A stretch of DNA of 48,886 bases, from the IMG/VR virus record IMGVR_UViG_3300032261_000011, positions 1 through 48,886 of that record; one strand, 5' to 3'. The stretch comes from a virus. Lineage: Duplodnaviria > Caudoviricetes. Of the stretch, positions 9,072 through 18,068 are shown in pieces (within the stretch, counting starts at the first letter, position 1; every line of letters begins with the position of its first letter). The notes beneath the pieces are model-generated. The model was not told the origin of the DNA, made no database searches, and was given only the letters and a program-made list of their open reading frames with translations. The position numbers and the translations under genes are program-made.

Positions 9072-9588
9072 CTGTCGTCGTCCCGAAGGTTGGAGTTCCA
9101 GCGGTGACCATTACGAAGTAGTCGCTTTGCCCTGCCGTTCCAACGTGAGCCCTACCAAGGCCATCGACGCCCCAAACTGTCATTGTTCCGAGCTTCGATG
9201 AGCCAGTGGCCATTGCGATCATCGGAAGGACTTTGGTAACGTCAAGGGCGTTGATTGCTGGATTGGTCTTGTCAGTGAAGGTTGTGTTCGTTGGGTTCGC
9301 GTTGAACTGAAAGACGTCCATTTCACCAGCAATCACTGACTTCGAAGTGATTCGGATTGACTGCATGATGCCACCGTTATCTGGGGCACCTTGAGCCGAA
9401 GATCTGAAGGCGGTAAGTGTGATCAGGCCGCCGACAACGTTACCAGCGACATAGGCACTTGCTGCCGTTACCGTTGGCGTTGCACAGACTTCCCTTGTTA
9501 ATGCTCCAGCAGAGACGATTGGAGCAATCTGGGCCTGCGCCGCCGTAGACGCAAGCAACAGGCCCAGAAGCGCCGCGAAGCATCTCAT
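9037..9588 (-). CDS. Signal-peptide-bearing beta-sandwich protein, possible capsid decoration (183 aa)
   Basis: ATGA overlap with upstream stop; MRCFAALLGLLLASTAAQA|QIAP; TPTVTAASAYVAGNVVGGLITL motif. Confidence 0.7.
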   Translation of the reverse strand: MRCFAALLGLLLASTAAQAQIAPIVSAGALTREVCATPTVTAASAYVAGNVVGGLITLTAFRSSAQGAPDNGGIMQSIRITSKSVIAGEMDVFQFNANPTNTTFTDKTNPAINALDVTKVLPMIAMATGSSKLGTMTVWGVDGLGRAHVGTAGQSDYFVMVTAGTPTFGTTTDVQFCATYLLD

Positions 9589-10067
9589 CTTAGTCGGTAC
9601 CAAGTGTTGTTGCTAAGCGAATACTGGAACTCAACGCTGGCTCCAGCAGCAAGGGTAGTGATAGTGACGTTGCCACCGACCAAGGTCTGACCTGTGTTCG
9701 GTTGGATCGTCACCGCGTTGGTCACGAAGGCTGCGGCCGTCCCATTGATGACTTCGATCATCGATCCATCAAAGACTGGCGAAACCGGCAGAAGAATCGT
9801 AGCTACAGCCGGTTGGGCCGTGATGATGAAGCGATTGGTGTTGTTCGGAATCGTCAAGCTGGCCGTAACGGCATTCAAGATGTAGCCAGTAGAGTTCCGA
9901 AGCTGAGCAACCGAAACGAAGGTGCTTGGACCGCCCGGGCCACCAATAGCAAACGTAGCAACTTCGTTACCAGTCAGTGTCGTTGGGACAAGTTGTTGTC
10001 CGTAGACAATGGCGGCAGTAAGGGCAGCAACAGCCGCCCCCACTCCCCATGAGGACCATCTCTTCAT
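9585..10067 (-). CDS. Signal-peptide-bearing beta-rich protein, possible capsid decoration (160 aa)
   Basis: GAGG SD; MKRWSSWGVGAAVAALTAAIVYG|QQ; ends VEFQYSLSNNTWYRLR; follows the cement gene. Confidence 0.7.
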   Translation of the reverse strand: MKRWSSWGVGAAVAALTAAIVYGQQLVPTTLTGNEVATFAIGGPGGPSTFVSVAQLRNSTGYILNAVTASLTIPNNTNRFIITAQPAVATILLPVSPVFDGSMIEVINGTAAAFVTNAVTIQPNTGQTLVGGNVTITTLAAGASVEFQYSLSNNTWYRLR

Positions 10068-10075
10068 GATCCACC

Positions 10076-10660
10076 TCAGTTGGCGATAACAATGCCCGGA
10101 GGATATCCGCCGAGGATTGCGTTGTTCGTCGCATTGTAGAACTGATCGTGGCGATCAAGGACGATGAAAGCACGAATGGTTCCACCAGCCGAAGCGGCAA
10201 CGGCGCCGACAATAGTGTAGTTAAGCTGGAGGAACCTCGGTTCGGAGACTCCGTCGGGAGGACGAGGCATATCCATATCCATCAGCCTTGCCCCTTGAGT
10301 AAGGGTAGCAAGAGCGTAGGCTGGACTGATCCACCACGTCACGAAGGTGCCTGGAGCACCAGAGCCATTGTCTGGAGCACCTTGAAGGGCGACAGAAAGC
10401 GAAGTGATAGTCGTGAAAGGAGTCACGACCTCCACAAGCAGCTTCATCGCCGGATCATCACCGATGCCAATGTCCCTTGCTCCCTGACCCGCGGCGAGAA
10501 GTGGGATGCCTGAGCCAGTAGCAAGGTGAAGGTCGATGATGTTAGTGCTCGGGCCAGTTGCGGTGATACCGCCAGTAGCGAAGCTGTCGCCAGGAAGAAC
10601 CGCTCCAGCGGCGGTAACAACTGCTGGATTGGTGAATTGAAGGAAGTTGTCGAGAATCAT
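10076..10660 (-). CDS. Capsid cement protein (BPP-1 Bbp16-like)
   Basis: MILDNFLQF...STNIIDL...ARDIGIGD...RFLQLNYTI; immediately after the MCP gene. Confidence 0.75.
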   Translation of the reverse strand: MILDNFLQFTNPAVVTAAGAVLPGDSFATGGITATGPSTNIIDLHLATGSGIPLLAAGQGARDIGIGDDPAMKLLVEVVTPFTTITSLSVALQGAPDNGSGAPGTFVTWWISPAYALATLTQGARLMDMDMPRPPDGVSEPRFLQLNYTIVGAVAASAGGTIRAFIVLDRHDQFYNATNNAILGGYPPGIVIAN

Positions 10661-10661
10661 G

Positions 10662-11705
10662 TTAGACCACCCTATTCTCGTTGTTGAGGATCGCATCACA
10701 GGTCCGGATCGGGATTCCACGGAAGGTTGTGATGGGTTTGCCATCGAACTCCTCAATCCGAAGGAGAACGTTGGTTTTGTTCATCGCTTGAAGGTCGAGG
10801 TAAGTCCGGATAACGCGGTTGGCGTAAATAACCGTCCTTCCCATGTTGGCTCGAACCTCAGGTGTATCAGACGTCTGGACTGTGGTTGCACTAACCGGAG
10901 CCGTTGGGAGTCGATATAATCCACGAACCAACAGGTTGATGAGGTTAGCTGCCGATACTCCAGTAAGCTGAGTGACGTCGATGTTGCTGATTCTGACGAC
11001 ATAACGCCAATCCCTCAAGACCAGACCGATTTCCCACTTGAAGTGGTCACGGTAGGCTTGAAATGTGTTATTCGAAGCATCCAACACCGGCCACTCACCC
11101 ATGTCCCTATGCTGCAAGCCAGTGATCTTGCCCTTCGGGAAAGTGGCGTGGCAAGTGTCGGAACCCCAAACAACGATCCACATGGAAGTGTTCGTCGTAC
11201 TGGTGCCGCCACCATCGAGAACGTTTGCTGCCGTTTGGGAGTTCGCTGCCGTCACTGTGGAGTAACGGGGAGCAAAGCCTGTAAAGCGTTCCGGGTTAGC
11301 GAACTGGTTGCCGTAGATCAGCGTCGCGGCAACCTGCTGAGACATGCCCTCAAGAAACGATTTAACTTCAGAAAGGCGAAAGTCAGCAGTGTTACCGTTA
11401 AGATCAGCAACGTCCTTGTCGATGACAGCGTAGGTTTCCAGATTCCCGCAGGTATCCACGATCTGCGCTGTCGTACTCTTAGCATTGGGAACGCCCAAGT
11501 TCAAGAGTCGCCACGTTGCTTGTGGCAAGCCGGTTCTGACGGTAGTCTTGTGACCAGTTGGGAGATTGCCCTCGATGACGAGCATGTCATCAAGGATCTC
11601 GTTGGTCTGGGACAGAAGCTCGATGATTGTGGCTACTCGATAGCCGTCGTCAAGTCGCTTCGCCCAATCCGCATAGGTTAATGCGGTAGCGCCGATAATG
11701 GCCAA
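10662..11705 (-). CDS. Major capsid protein (BPP-1 Bbp17/epsilon15 gp7-like)
   Basis: LTYADWAKR..IIELLSQTNEILDDM..TTVRTGLP..DWRYVVRISNID..FRGIPIRTCDAIL; AGGAGG SD with TTG start. Confidence 0.95.
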   Translation of the reverse strand: MAIIGATALTYADWAKRLDDGYRVATIIELLSQTNEILDDMLVIEGNLPTGHKTTVRTGLPQATWRLLNLGVPNAKSTTAQIVDTCGNLETYAVIDKDVADLNGNTADFRLSEVKSFLEGMSQQVAATLIYGNQFANPERFTGFAPRYSTVTAANSQTAANVLDGGGTSTTNTSMWIVVWGSDTCHATFPKGKITGLQHRDMGEWPVLDASNNTFQAYRDHFKWEIGLVLRDWRYVVRISNIDVTQLTGVSAANLINLLVRGLYRLPTAPVSATTVQTSDTPEVRANMGRTVIYANRVIRTYLDLQAMNKTNVLLRIEEFDGKPITTFRGIPIRTCDAILNNENRVV

Positions 11706-11786
11706 AGTGGCCTCCTAGGTTTAGATCCAAGCTCCTTTCTGTCGCATCAGTTCATCGGCCATCGACCACGCCTCGCGGGCCTCCGG

Positions 11787-12494
11787 TCACGGAAGGTTCG
11801 GATACAACGAATGGGCTGCGTCTGTCCGCTGCCCCGGTTGTTGCATCCCGAATCGACTTGGGCCTCTCGCTGCAACATGACCGCCTTCGGTCAACATTTG
11901 TGCAAGAGCGTAGAAGGCCCGAATGAAGGCTGGGTGATCCCCAACGCCAGTAAAGTCCATTGCCTGACGAAACTCGTTCGCCAACTTTGGACCAAGCATA
12001 TCAATCGCTCGCCCAACGGTTGGCTTAACTTCTGAATCGAGCTTGAAACCAATCTGTGGATCGGCCTTAATCTCCTTACGCCAATCATCTCGCATCTGGT
12101 TCATCATGTTCACAGATTCTTCATGCTGCCGCTGAGAAGTCTCTGCATAGAACGAAACCAACTTCTGTGCTTGATCCTGCGTCAGGTTCAGATCCTTAAA
12201 GATCGGTGTCGCCTTGTTTAGAATCTCCCCATCGAGTTCCCAACCGTTCTTCTCCCAACTTTCCGGAGCCTTGAACTCATACTTCTCCGGAGCCCTAACC
12301 TCGGCTGGCTTTACCCCTTCATTCAGTAGAGTCTTCGGTTCTTCCGGGGACGATTCTGAGGTTGGCGGGGCCGGGGCTGGTGTACTCGTAGGGGTCGATG
12401 TCGGCTTCTGCTCCGTCACCTGTGGAATCGGTGCTATCTCCCCCGTCGGTGTCCTCGTTACTCCTTCGGGCGATGTTTGTGTTGTCTCGTTCAT
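11787..12494 (-). CDS. Capsid scaffolding protein
   Basis: Pro/Thr-rich N-terminus; APEKYEFKAP..LNLTQDQAQKLV..GDHPAFIRAF..LYP; directly upstream of MCP. Confidence 0.8.
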   Translation of the reverse strand: MNETTQTSPEGVTRTPTGEIAPIPQVTEQKPTSTPTSTPAPAPPTSESSPEEPKTLLNEGVKPAEVRAPEKYEFKAPESWEKNGWELDGEILNKATPIFKDLNLTQDQAQKLVSFYAETSQRQHEESVNMMNQMRDDWRKEIKADPQIGFKLDSEVKPTVGRAIDMLGPKLANEFRQAMDFTGVGDHPAFIRAFYALAQMLTEGGHVAARGPSRFGMQQPGQRTDAAHSLYPNLP

Positions 12495-12786
12495 TTCTTT
12501 CCCTCATCATCTGAACGTACTGATCTGGGCAAGCCTTCATGATGTCTCCAAGAAGTCGAAGCCCGATACTTCGTTGGCCTTCATTGAATGCAGTAGCCTT
12601 AGTGTTGATAGTAAAGCTGGAAGCAAAGATGTGACAAGCTTCAAGTATGTCAAGCATCCAGCTACGGCCGGGAGGAAGAGACATGATGCCTTGCATGATC
12701 TCTTCCCGCTGTCTATCGGCAAGTCTAGCCTGCTTAGCTGCTTGCTTAACATCTCGTCGTTCTGATGCATTGTATTGGTCACTCAT
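12319..12786 (-). CDS. Bbp19-like protein
   Basis: IMSLPPGRSWMLDIL...TAFNEGQRSIGL motif; between portal and scaffold. Confidence 0.75.
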   Translation of the reverse strand: MSDQYNASERRDVKQAAKQARLADRQREEIMQGIMSLPPGRSWMLDILEACHIFASSFTINTKATAFNEGQRSIGLRLLGDIMKACPDQYVQMMRERNERDNTNIARRSNEDTDGGDSTDSTGDGAEADIDPYEYTSPGPANLRIVPGRTEDSTE

Positions 12787-13019
12787 GCTAAGCCTGGAAA
12801 GAAGACACAGTTAACCGAACCAAGAGACTTGCTGACGCAAATGTGACAGTCATTATCTTGTGACGTACGAATGCGAGACTTTGGAATCATCCAGCCGTGA
12901 TAGGCAACGGTACCATCGTCAAACGAAACGAACTGCTTGCAGTCGATTGGATGGCAGTCCCGATCTGCACAGCAGTCTAATGGATACCAAGAATGAACGA
13001 GCAGAAGGAACACAATCAT
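12783..13019 (-). CDS. Small Cys-rich protein (HSWYPxxCC family, 78 aa)
   Basis: ATGA couplings on both sides; 7 Cys; short hydrophobic N-terminus. Confidence 0.7.
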   Translation of the reverse strand: MIVFLLLVHSWYPLDCCADRDCHPIDCKQFVSFDDGTVAYHGWMIPKSRIRTSQDNDCHICVSKSLGSVNCVFFPGLA

Positions 13020-14752
13020 GGCCTTGCTCCAATCATTTGCTGGAGCGCATTCTGACCACCTCCAACGCTAGTTTCAGATAATGTCTTCGCACCCGCCGCC
13101 ATCTTCTCGGCCATCTCGGCCTGTTGCGCCTGTTGCTGTTGCTGTGCTCTTTGCTGCCGAATCTGTTGTAATGCTTGGGATGACCGAATCATTCTTGGGT
13201 CATTGTTCATCAAGCTGGAATACTTATCGAGGGTAAAGTCGATATCAATGTTGTCCATTACAGCAGGGTCAACCCCGGCAAGACTTCCTGCAAGTTGGAG
13301 GACACGTTCAATGCCTGTTGTACTAGCGGCAGCTTGGGCGAGGGAGAGCATACTGACGTATTCGATGTTGATGTTGGTTCCTTGGATTTCTGGGGGCGCA
13401 GGAGGCAGAACTCCTCGCCGAGACATAATTGCAAAGATCCGGTCGATTGCAGGAGACAGCAGCTCATCTTGAATCCTCTCCAACACGGGGCCAAGCATTA
13501 CTAAGGCTTCAGACTTTCGCATGTCCCACTCAACCGCGGTAACATTGGAGCGAGTTTCGTATTGGCTCGCAACCTGGAAAAGATCGTTAAAGAAGATCCG
13601 CTTGATTCGTTCCCGAATCTCTGCAAGGTCTTGAGTCATCGCGGCAACATCTGGCTTCCACGTTCCGTAAGCAGGACTAAAGCCAGCGTTACCATGTGTC
13701 ATCATTCCACTGACGTAAGTGACGCCACCAGGAAGAAGCGAGGCAGGTTGGTTCTTTAACTGAATGTCTGCTACCATTGGGGGGTTAACGTGCTTGTCTA
13801 TGGCTTGGGCTTTTCTTCGGACTTCTTGTTGGAGCTGCTTAACGTCACCAAGAGCGTCCATTGCTGGGCTTCGTCCATAAGCATCATTTGACACAAGGTC
13901 CCATCTGACAATAATGTGTGGCGCTTCATTGAAGCCACGTAGTGAGAGAAAGCCAGGCGCAAAGCTGCTCCCGCCCTGCGGACTAGCGGAGCCTCCCCAT
14001 TCCCAATAGCATTCCCGATACTTAAAGTGATCTGGAAATTCGTACTTGTATGCGTCATTGTTTGGCTCTATTGCGTGGGCGACAACCAATTCGCGGGTTA
14101 GCTGTGCTCCAGCTTTTTGACCAGTTTCGTATTGTCGTTGCATGGCTGGAGAAACATTGTCGAATCCGAAACAGTCGACCAACTGATCAATAGTGAGGGT
14201 GAATTCTCGGTAAAATATGAGGGGGCGGAACATGCCGTCATTATCGACGTAGAACTCCCCAAAGCATGGAGTGAAACAGCGAATAACATCGGTTGGATCC
14301 TCATAGATCAGAATACAAGCGGTACCAAAGATAACGAGATCGAAGTAGACGACGGCCATCGCTTGGTAGAAGTTCGACTCTTGCATCACCAGCATCATCA
14401 GCCGTTCGCATTCTGCGAGCCATAAAGAAATGGGAGATGTCTGCGTAGAATCGATATGGCCGATTTTCAATTTGAACCATTGGCGTGTTGGTGAAGAAAC
14501 CCCAGACATCATCCCAGACGAGAGGTTCCGTGCAGCAAGTGTGCCAGTTGAGTCCAACATATGTTGGTTGATTGGAGAGCCTCTGCTCATCATATTGGGT
14601 GTGATTAGGAATTTGTACCTCCTAGGCAGGAAGTAGTCTGCCAGTTCTCTCGCGTGAACCCACCAAGAGTAACGGTTGACCCGCAAGCCAATGAGTCTGC
14701 CTTCGACATGGCGTCGAAGCTCAAGTCGGCCTGGGGTCAGCGGGATGGGCAT
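13016..14752 (-). CDS. Portal (head-tail connector) protein
   Basis: DSTGTLAARNLSSGMMSG..YFDLVIFGT..YGRSPAMDALGDVKQLQ..TAVEW..LGPVLERIQDELL; alternative start at 14767. Confidence 0.93.
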   Translation of the reverse strand: MPIPLTPGRLELRRHVEGRLIGLRVNRYSWWVHARELADYFLPRRYKFLITPNMMSRGSPINQHMLDSTGTLAARNLSSGMMSGVSSPTRQWFKLKIGHIDSTQTSPISLWLAECERLMMLVMQESNFYQAMAVVYFDLVIFGTACILIYEDPTDVIRCFTPCFGEFYVDNDGMFRPLIFYREFTLTIDQLVDCFGFDNVSPAMQRQYETGQKAGAQLTRELVVAHAIEPNNDAYKYEFPDHFKYRECYWEWGGSASPQGGSSFAPGFLSLRGFNEAPHIIVRWDLVSNDAYGRSPAMDALGDVKQLQQEVRRKAQAIDKHVNPPMVADIQLKNQPASLLPGGVTYVSGMMTHGNAGFSPAYGTWKPDVAAMTQDLAEIRERIKRIFFNDLFQVASQYETRSNVTAVEWDMRKSEALVMLGPVLERIQDELLSPAIDRIFAIMSRRGVLPPAPPEIQGTNINIEYVSMLSLAQAAASTTGIERVLQLAGSLAGVDPAVMDNIDIDFTLDKYSSLMNNDPRMIRSSQALQQIRQQRAQQQQQAQQAEMAEKMAAGAKTLSETSVGGGQNALQQMIGARP

Positions 14753-14754
14753 TA

Positions 14755-15033
14755 TCAAAGCATCCATTCAAGGACGAAAAGACCAGAGTTGTGCGTCGGC
14801 ACCTTGGCAACTGCCAATTCCGCCCTCAGCCGCTCGATCTCGATGAGCAGTTTAGCTTCATTCTTGGTGACAACGGCGCGGTACTGGTCGACTTCTTTAG
14901 TCAGCCGCTCGATCTCGGCCACCTGTTCCCAATAAACCTTGGCCTGCTGCTCAATTTCTGCGCGCAGTCGCTGCACGATGTCGGTCTGCGGCTCTGCCCA
15001 GTATTTGCGGTCTTTTCGGAGTTCACAACTCAT
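14755..15033 (-). CDS. Hypothetical coiled-coil protein (DIVQRLR...EIERLR)
   Basis: AGGA SD before ATG 15033; repeated EIERL. Confidence 0.6.
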   Translation of the reverse strand: MSCELRKDRKYWAEPQTDIVQRLRAEIEQQAKVYWEQVAEIERLTKEVDQYRAVVTKNEAKLLIEIERLRAELAVAKVPTHNSGLFVLEWML

Positions 15034-15046
15034 CTTGCGTCCTATG

Positions 15047-15133
15047 TCACGCCGGGAAAGAACACGCAGCTGCACCGATAATGATTCCAAGCAGCATCCC
15101 GCCGAAGAACTCAACGTCAAAGCGAAGCATCAT
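15047..15133 (-). CDS. Small membrane peptide (28 aa)
   Basis: Hand-translated MMLRFDVEFFGGMLLGIIIGAAACSFPA; ATGA overlap with upstream stop; fills the gap. Confidence 0.4.
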   Translation of the reverse strand: MMLRFDVEFFGGMLLGIIIGAAACSFPA

Positions 15134-15384
15134 CGAACCATCCCCCTAATTGAGCTTCGTCGAGCACCACGGTTAGGTCGTTTGATTCCGGTTGCTCCAA
15201 CCTTCGATGCCCCCGCTTCACGTTCCTGTTGTCGTCGATCAGCCATGTCCGAAGCGGCCATGAGGATGTTGGTTAATGATGGCCCTTGCCGTTGACCACC
15301 GAGTTGACCGGCTCCATAAGGCCCAAAGCCACCAACCTGTTGGGAGGTGTCTGGTCCGAGTTTAGCACCGTTTCCGTTTGGCAT
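15130..15384 (-). CDS. Hypothetical protein (84 aa)
   Basis: TAATG coupling. Confidence 0.6.
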   Translation of the reverse strand: MPNGNGAKLGPDTSQQVGGFGPYGAGQLGGQRQGPSLTNILMAASDMADRRQQEREAGASKVGATGIKRPNRGARRSSIRGMVR

Positions 15385-16268
15385 TAGCGTGGTCCCATTG
15401 GATGTTTCTTAGCAATGTAGTCAGCGGCAGCCTTCTCCAAAGCATTGATCTGACTTTTGGAAATCTTCTGCTCAGCTTCCGTTATGTCGGGGTATCGAAC
15501 GCCACCAGATCCGACAGCCTCAATGTCCTTGAAATGATGAAGCATTAAAGCTCGAACCATCAATTCATCCTGATGATAGGTTAGCTTCTCAGGAAGCAAA
15601 CCCTCTTTCCGGAGCATCTCAATACCACGGTGCATCGACTCGTGGACTACAGCTGACGGATTGCCTACGTCGAACCATATCTGATCCGCTGGTTTTCCTT
15701 TGGCAGTCTGGGAGGTATATAGGCCAGCTACGTTTAATCTCTGCGTCGGGTCGTCGGTCATTGAGGTGTGCGTCGGGGAGAAGCCAAGCTGGGCAACGGA
15801 GCTTCTTCGAGAAGCAAGCCAGCCTTTCTGAAGTGCTTCCTCTTGCTTCCCCGTTGCTGGCACAGGATGACCGGCCGGAGCCTCGGGAGTCTTCTTCTTT
15901 AGCATCTCCTCGAAGGTCACTAAGCTTACCTTGCCCTTTCCTTCCATATACGCTTCCATCGGAGTGCCGTAGGCAAGGCCGGTTTTCTTAGCTCTGGTGA
16001 CCTCAGATGGACCTGGGTATTCTGCGGTGTATTGGCCCATCTTCAGTTGAGGATCCTCTGCCGTTGTACCAAGGGCACGTTCTGCTGTCCTTGATGGCAT
16101 TGGTGGTCCGTAAGCAACCGGCGATGGCTCTGGCTCCTTTGCTTTGCCGAATAGACTTGGGAAGATCTGATCTAACCAAGCAAGCTGCTGCCGTCCTTGG
16201 GCAACGTCGAGTTCAGGATCGCGTTGCGGAACCGTTGGCACCTCGCCTCCTAGAAACGTGGTTGGCAC
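15384..16268 (-). CDS. Hypothetical protein with HExxH zincin motif (294 aa)
   Basis: VAGLY...IWFD...VVHESMHRGI...DELMVR; GGAGG SD with GTG start. Confidence 0.7.
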   Translation of the reverse strand: MPTTFLGGEVPTVPQRDPELDVAQGRQQLAWLDQIFPSLFGKAKEPEPSPVAYGPPMPSRTAERALGTTAEDPQLKMGQYTAEYPGPSEVTRAKKTGLAYGTPMEAYMEGKGKVSLVTFEEMLKKKTPEAPAGHPVPATGKQEEALQKGWLASRRSSVAQLGFSPTHTSMTDDPTQRLNVAGLYTSQTAKGKPADQIWFDVGNPSAVVHESMHRGIEMLRKEGLLPEKLTYHQDELMVRALMLHHFKDIEAVGSGGVRYPDITEAEQKISKSQINALEKAAADYIAKKHPMGPR

Positions 16269-16463
16269 TTAAGCGCCTCCAAGGGTTGTTCCTGGCCCTC
16301 TCGTTGGAGCCATTGCAGTACCAAGGAAGGTCGGAACGGTTGACCTCCTTGTTGGTTTACTCGTCGCTTCCGGTTGGGTTCCAAAGGCTGGAGGTGGAGA
16401 TGGAGCGGCTGGAATCACTGGTGGTGGAGGTGCTGGAGGTGGAGAAGGGCTGAAGAAGCTCAT
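16269..16463 (-). CDS. Small Pro-rich virion/assembly protein (64 aa)
   Basis: AGGAGG SD; MSFFSPSPPPAPPPP...TTLGGA is typical of small genes between terminase and portal. Confidence 0.7.
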   Translation of the reverse strand: MSFFSPSPPPAPPPPVIPAAPSPPPAFGTQPEATSKPTRRSTVPTFLGTAMAPTRGPGTTLGGA

Positions 16464-17956
16464 GCTGCCTCCTTCATGTGCTTTTCGTCGAATGGGTTGT
16501 ACTCGGACTCGACAAGCGGCTTTTGCGGATGCTCTCCACCCGCGTTTGCATGTGAAGCGACTGGGAGGGCGAACGTTAAGGCGAGAGCATCCGCAAGGTC
16601 CGGAGATTCCAGACCACGTTTCGTCATATCTTCTTTCTTCTCCAACACAATTTCTTGTCGGAGGTTGAAGGTGTATGTGGGGCCAACAAGCTGGGCACGC
16701 AGGTCGTCCATGGCTGGGATTGAACCACCCTTGAGCCATGCTCGCATTGAACCCCACATCTCCGCTCGTTTGTTGGCGTACCGCTCCCCATCAGAGCCGG
16801 TAGCCCAACCAACCGCATCGGGCTTGGAGCCAAACTGAATGTCAAAGCAGTGAAGATGCAAAGCTCTAACGGCATCGACGACGCCACCACCAACGCCACC
16901 ACCGTCCACAAAGATTGCATCTGTTCGGTATTGATGGTAGACCTCACTGATACGGCCAGCAAGGTCTACCGTCGAAAGGCCGCGATACCGAAGTGGAGGT
17001 ATGCTTCGGGCATCCCGACCTTTACGGAAGAATATGACGGATTCGTTTGAACCATATCGAGCGACGTCAACCCCAATTACTAGGGCATCATTGGGGAGAC
17101 TCAGCGCTTCGCGACGAGCAGCTTCCTCAACATCGGTGGCTGAGATAAACTCCATTTCGCCCGTTCGGGGAAACACACCCCGAACACGTATCCTGACGAA
17201 ATCCGAGTCCTCGCCGTATGCGTCAATCCACGAACGAATCTGTTCCTTATTCGTGAGGCTAACCTCACGCGAGTCGACCTGTTTAGTCTTCCATACCGAG
17301 GCAAACCGTTGACCTGGAAAGCACTCTCTAAAGCGCCCTGTGTTTCGAGTAGGATTCCCAAAGACGCACCAAACAATCTCAGTCTCACTATCGGTAAGTG
17401 CACCTTCGGTAGTTTCCCAGATAACATCAGGGATGGCCGACGCTTCGTCGAAGATAACCAGTATCCTTCGGCCTTTGTTATGCAATCCAGCGAACGCCTC
17501 AGTGTTCCGTTCTGACCACGGAACCATGTCGATTCGCCACGTTCTTTCATGTGCTTGATCAATGCTAAAGATTGCGGTTGCGGTTAAGGTGAAGTATTCT
17601 TTTCCGATGAATCTGTGATACCACTTTCCGAGTTCTGCCCAGGTCTTGGTTCGGAGTTGGGTTTCCGTGTTAGCCGTGACAACTCCTCTAGTATCTGGCT
17701 TGGTCGAGATTGCCCACAGTATGAGCCAAGAGACAAGAGCAGTCTTGCCAACTCCATGGCCTGAGGCTGTGGCCATTTGTATTGCTTTGTCAACCGACAA
17801 ACCATCTCGTACCAACCGCAGGATGTCGGCTTGCCAAGGTTCTGGTCCATCATAAGGCTCCAGCGTTCCCGGTTCTCGCCAAGGGAATGCACCGTAGACG
17901 AAAGCGAGGGGATCGGTTGACGTTGAGCCTAGCCAGTCAAGAAGCTTGTCTTCCAA
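16460..17956 (-). CDS. terL: Terminase large subunit
   Basis: Walker A SGHGVGKT, Walker B IFDEAS, FGNPTRNTGRF, nuclease GVDVARYG..., SPDLADALALTF. Confidence 0.96.
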   Translation of the reverse strand: MEDKLLDWLGSTSTDPLAFVYGAFPWREPGTLEPYDGPEPWQADILRLVRDGLSVDKAIQMATASGHGVGKTALVSWLILWAISTKPDTRGVVTANTETQLRTKTWAELGKWYHRFIGKEYFTLTATAIFSIDQAHERTWRIDMVPWSERNTEAFAGLHNKGRRILVIFDEASAIPDVIWETTEGALTDSETEIVWCVFGNPTRNTGRFRECFPGQRFASVWKTKQVDSREVSLTNKEQIRSWIDAYGEDSDFVRIRVRGVFPRTGEMEFISATDVEEAARREALSLPNDALVIGVDVARYGSNESVIFFRKGRDARSIPPLRYRGLSTVDLAGRISEVYHQYRTDAIFVDGGGVGGGVVDAVRALHLHCFDIQFGSKPDAVGWATGSDGERYANKRAEMWGSMRAWLKGGSIPAMDDLRAQLVGPTYTFNLRQEIVLEKKEDMTKRGLESPDLADALALTFALPVASHANAGGEHPQKPLVESEYNPFDEKHMKEAA

Positions 17957-17972
17957 TGCCTACACGGAGAAT

Positions 17973-18064
17973 CGTGTGGGGCAAGGCGGTCAAGGCGAAA
18001 AGAGCACCTCCACCCCACACGCAGCACTCAAGGCAATCAGTCGTGGTAGACGCTGCCTGAGCGC
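17973..18064 (-). other. Two tandem stem-loops between terS and terL
   Basis: Minus strand GCGCTCAGGCAG/TTGCCTTGAGTGC and CGTGTGGGG...CCCCACACG. Confidence 0.5.
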
Positions 18065-18068
18065 ACCT

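Noticed and set aside
10660-10756. Programmed frameshift fusing MCP to the cement protein (the cement frame is open ~95 nt upstream)
   Set aside because: No slippery heptamer seen; the cement gene has its own ATG directly after the MCP stop.
11730-11760. Hammerhead-like CTGATG...GAAA upstream of MCP
   Set aside because: The core reads CUGAUGC rather than CUGAUGA, and the required stems are absent.
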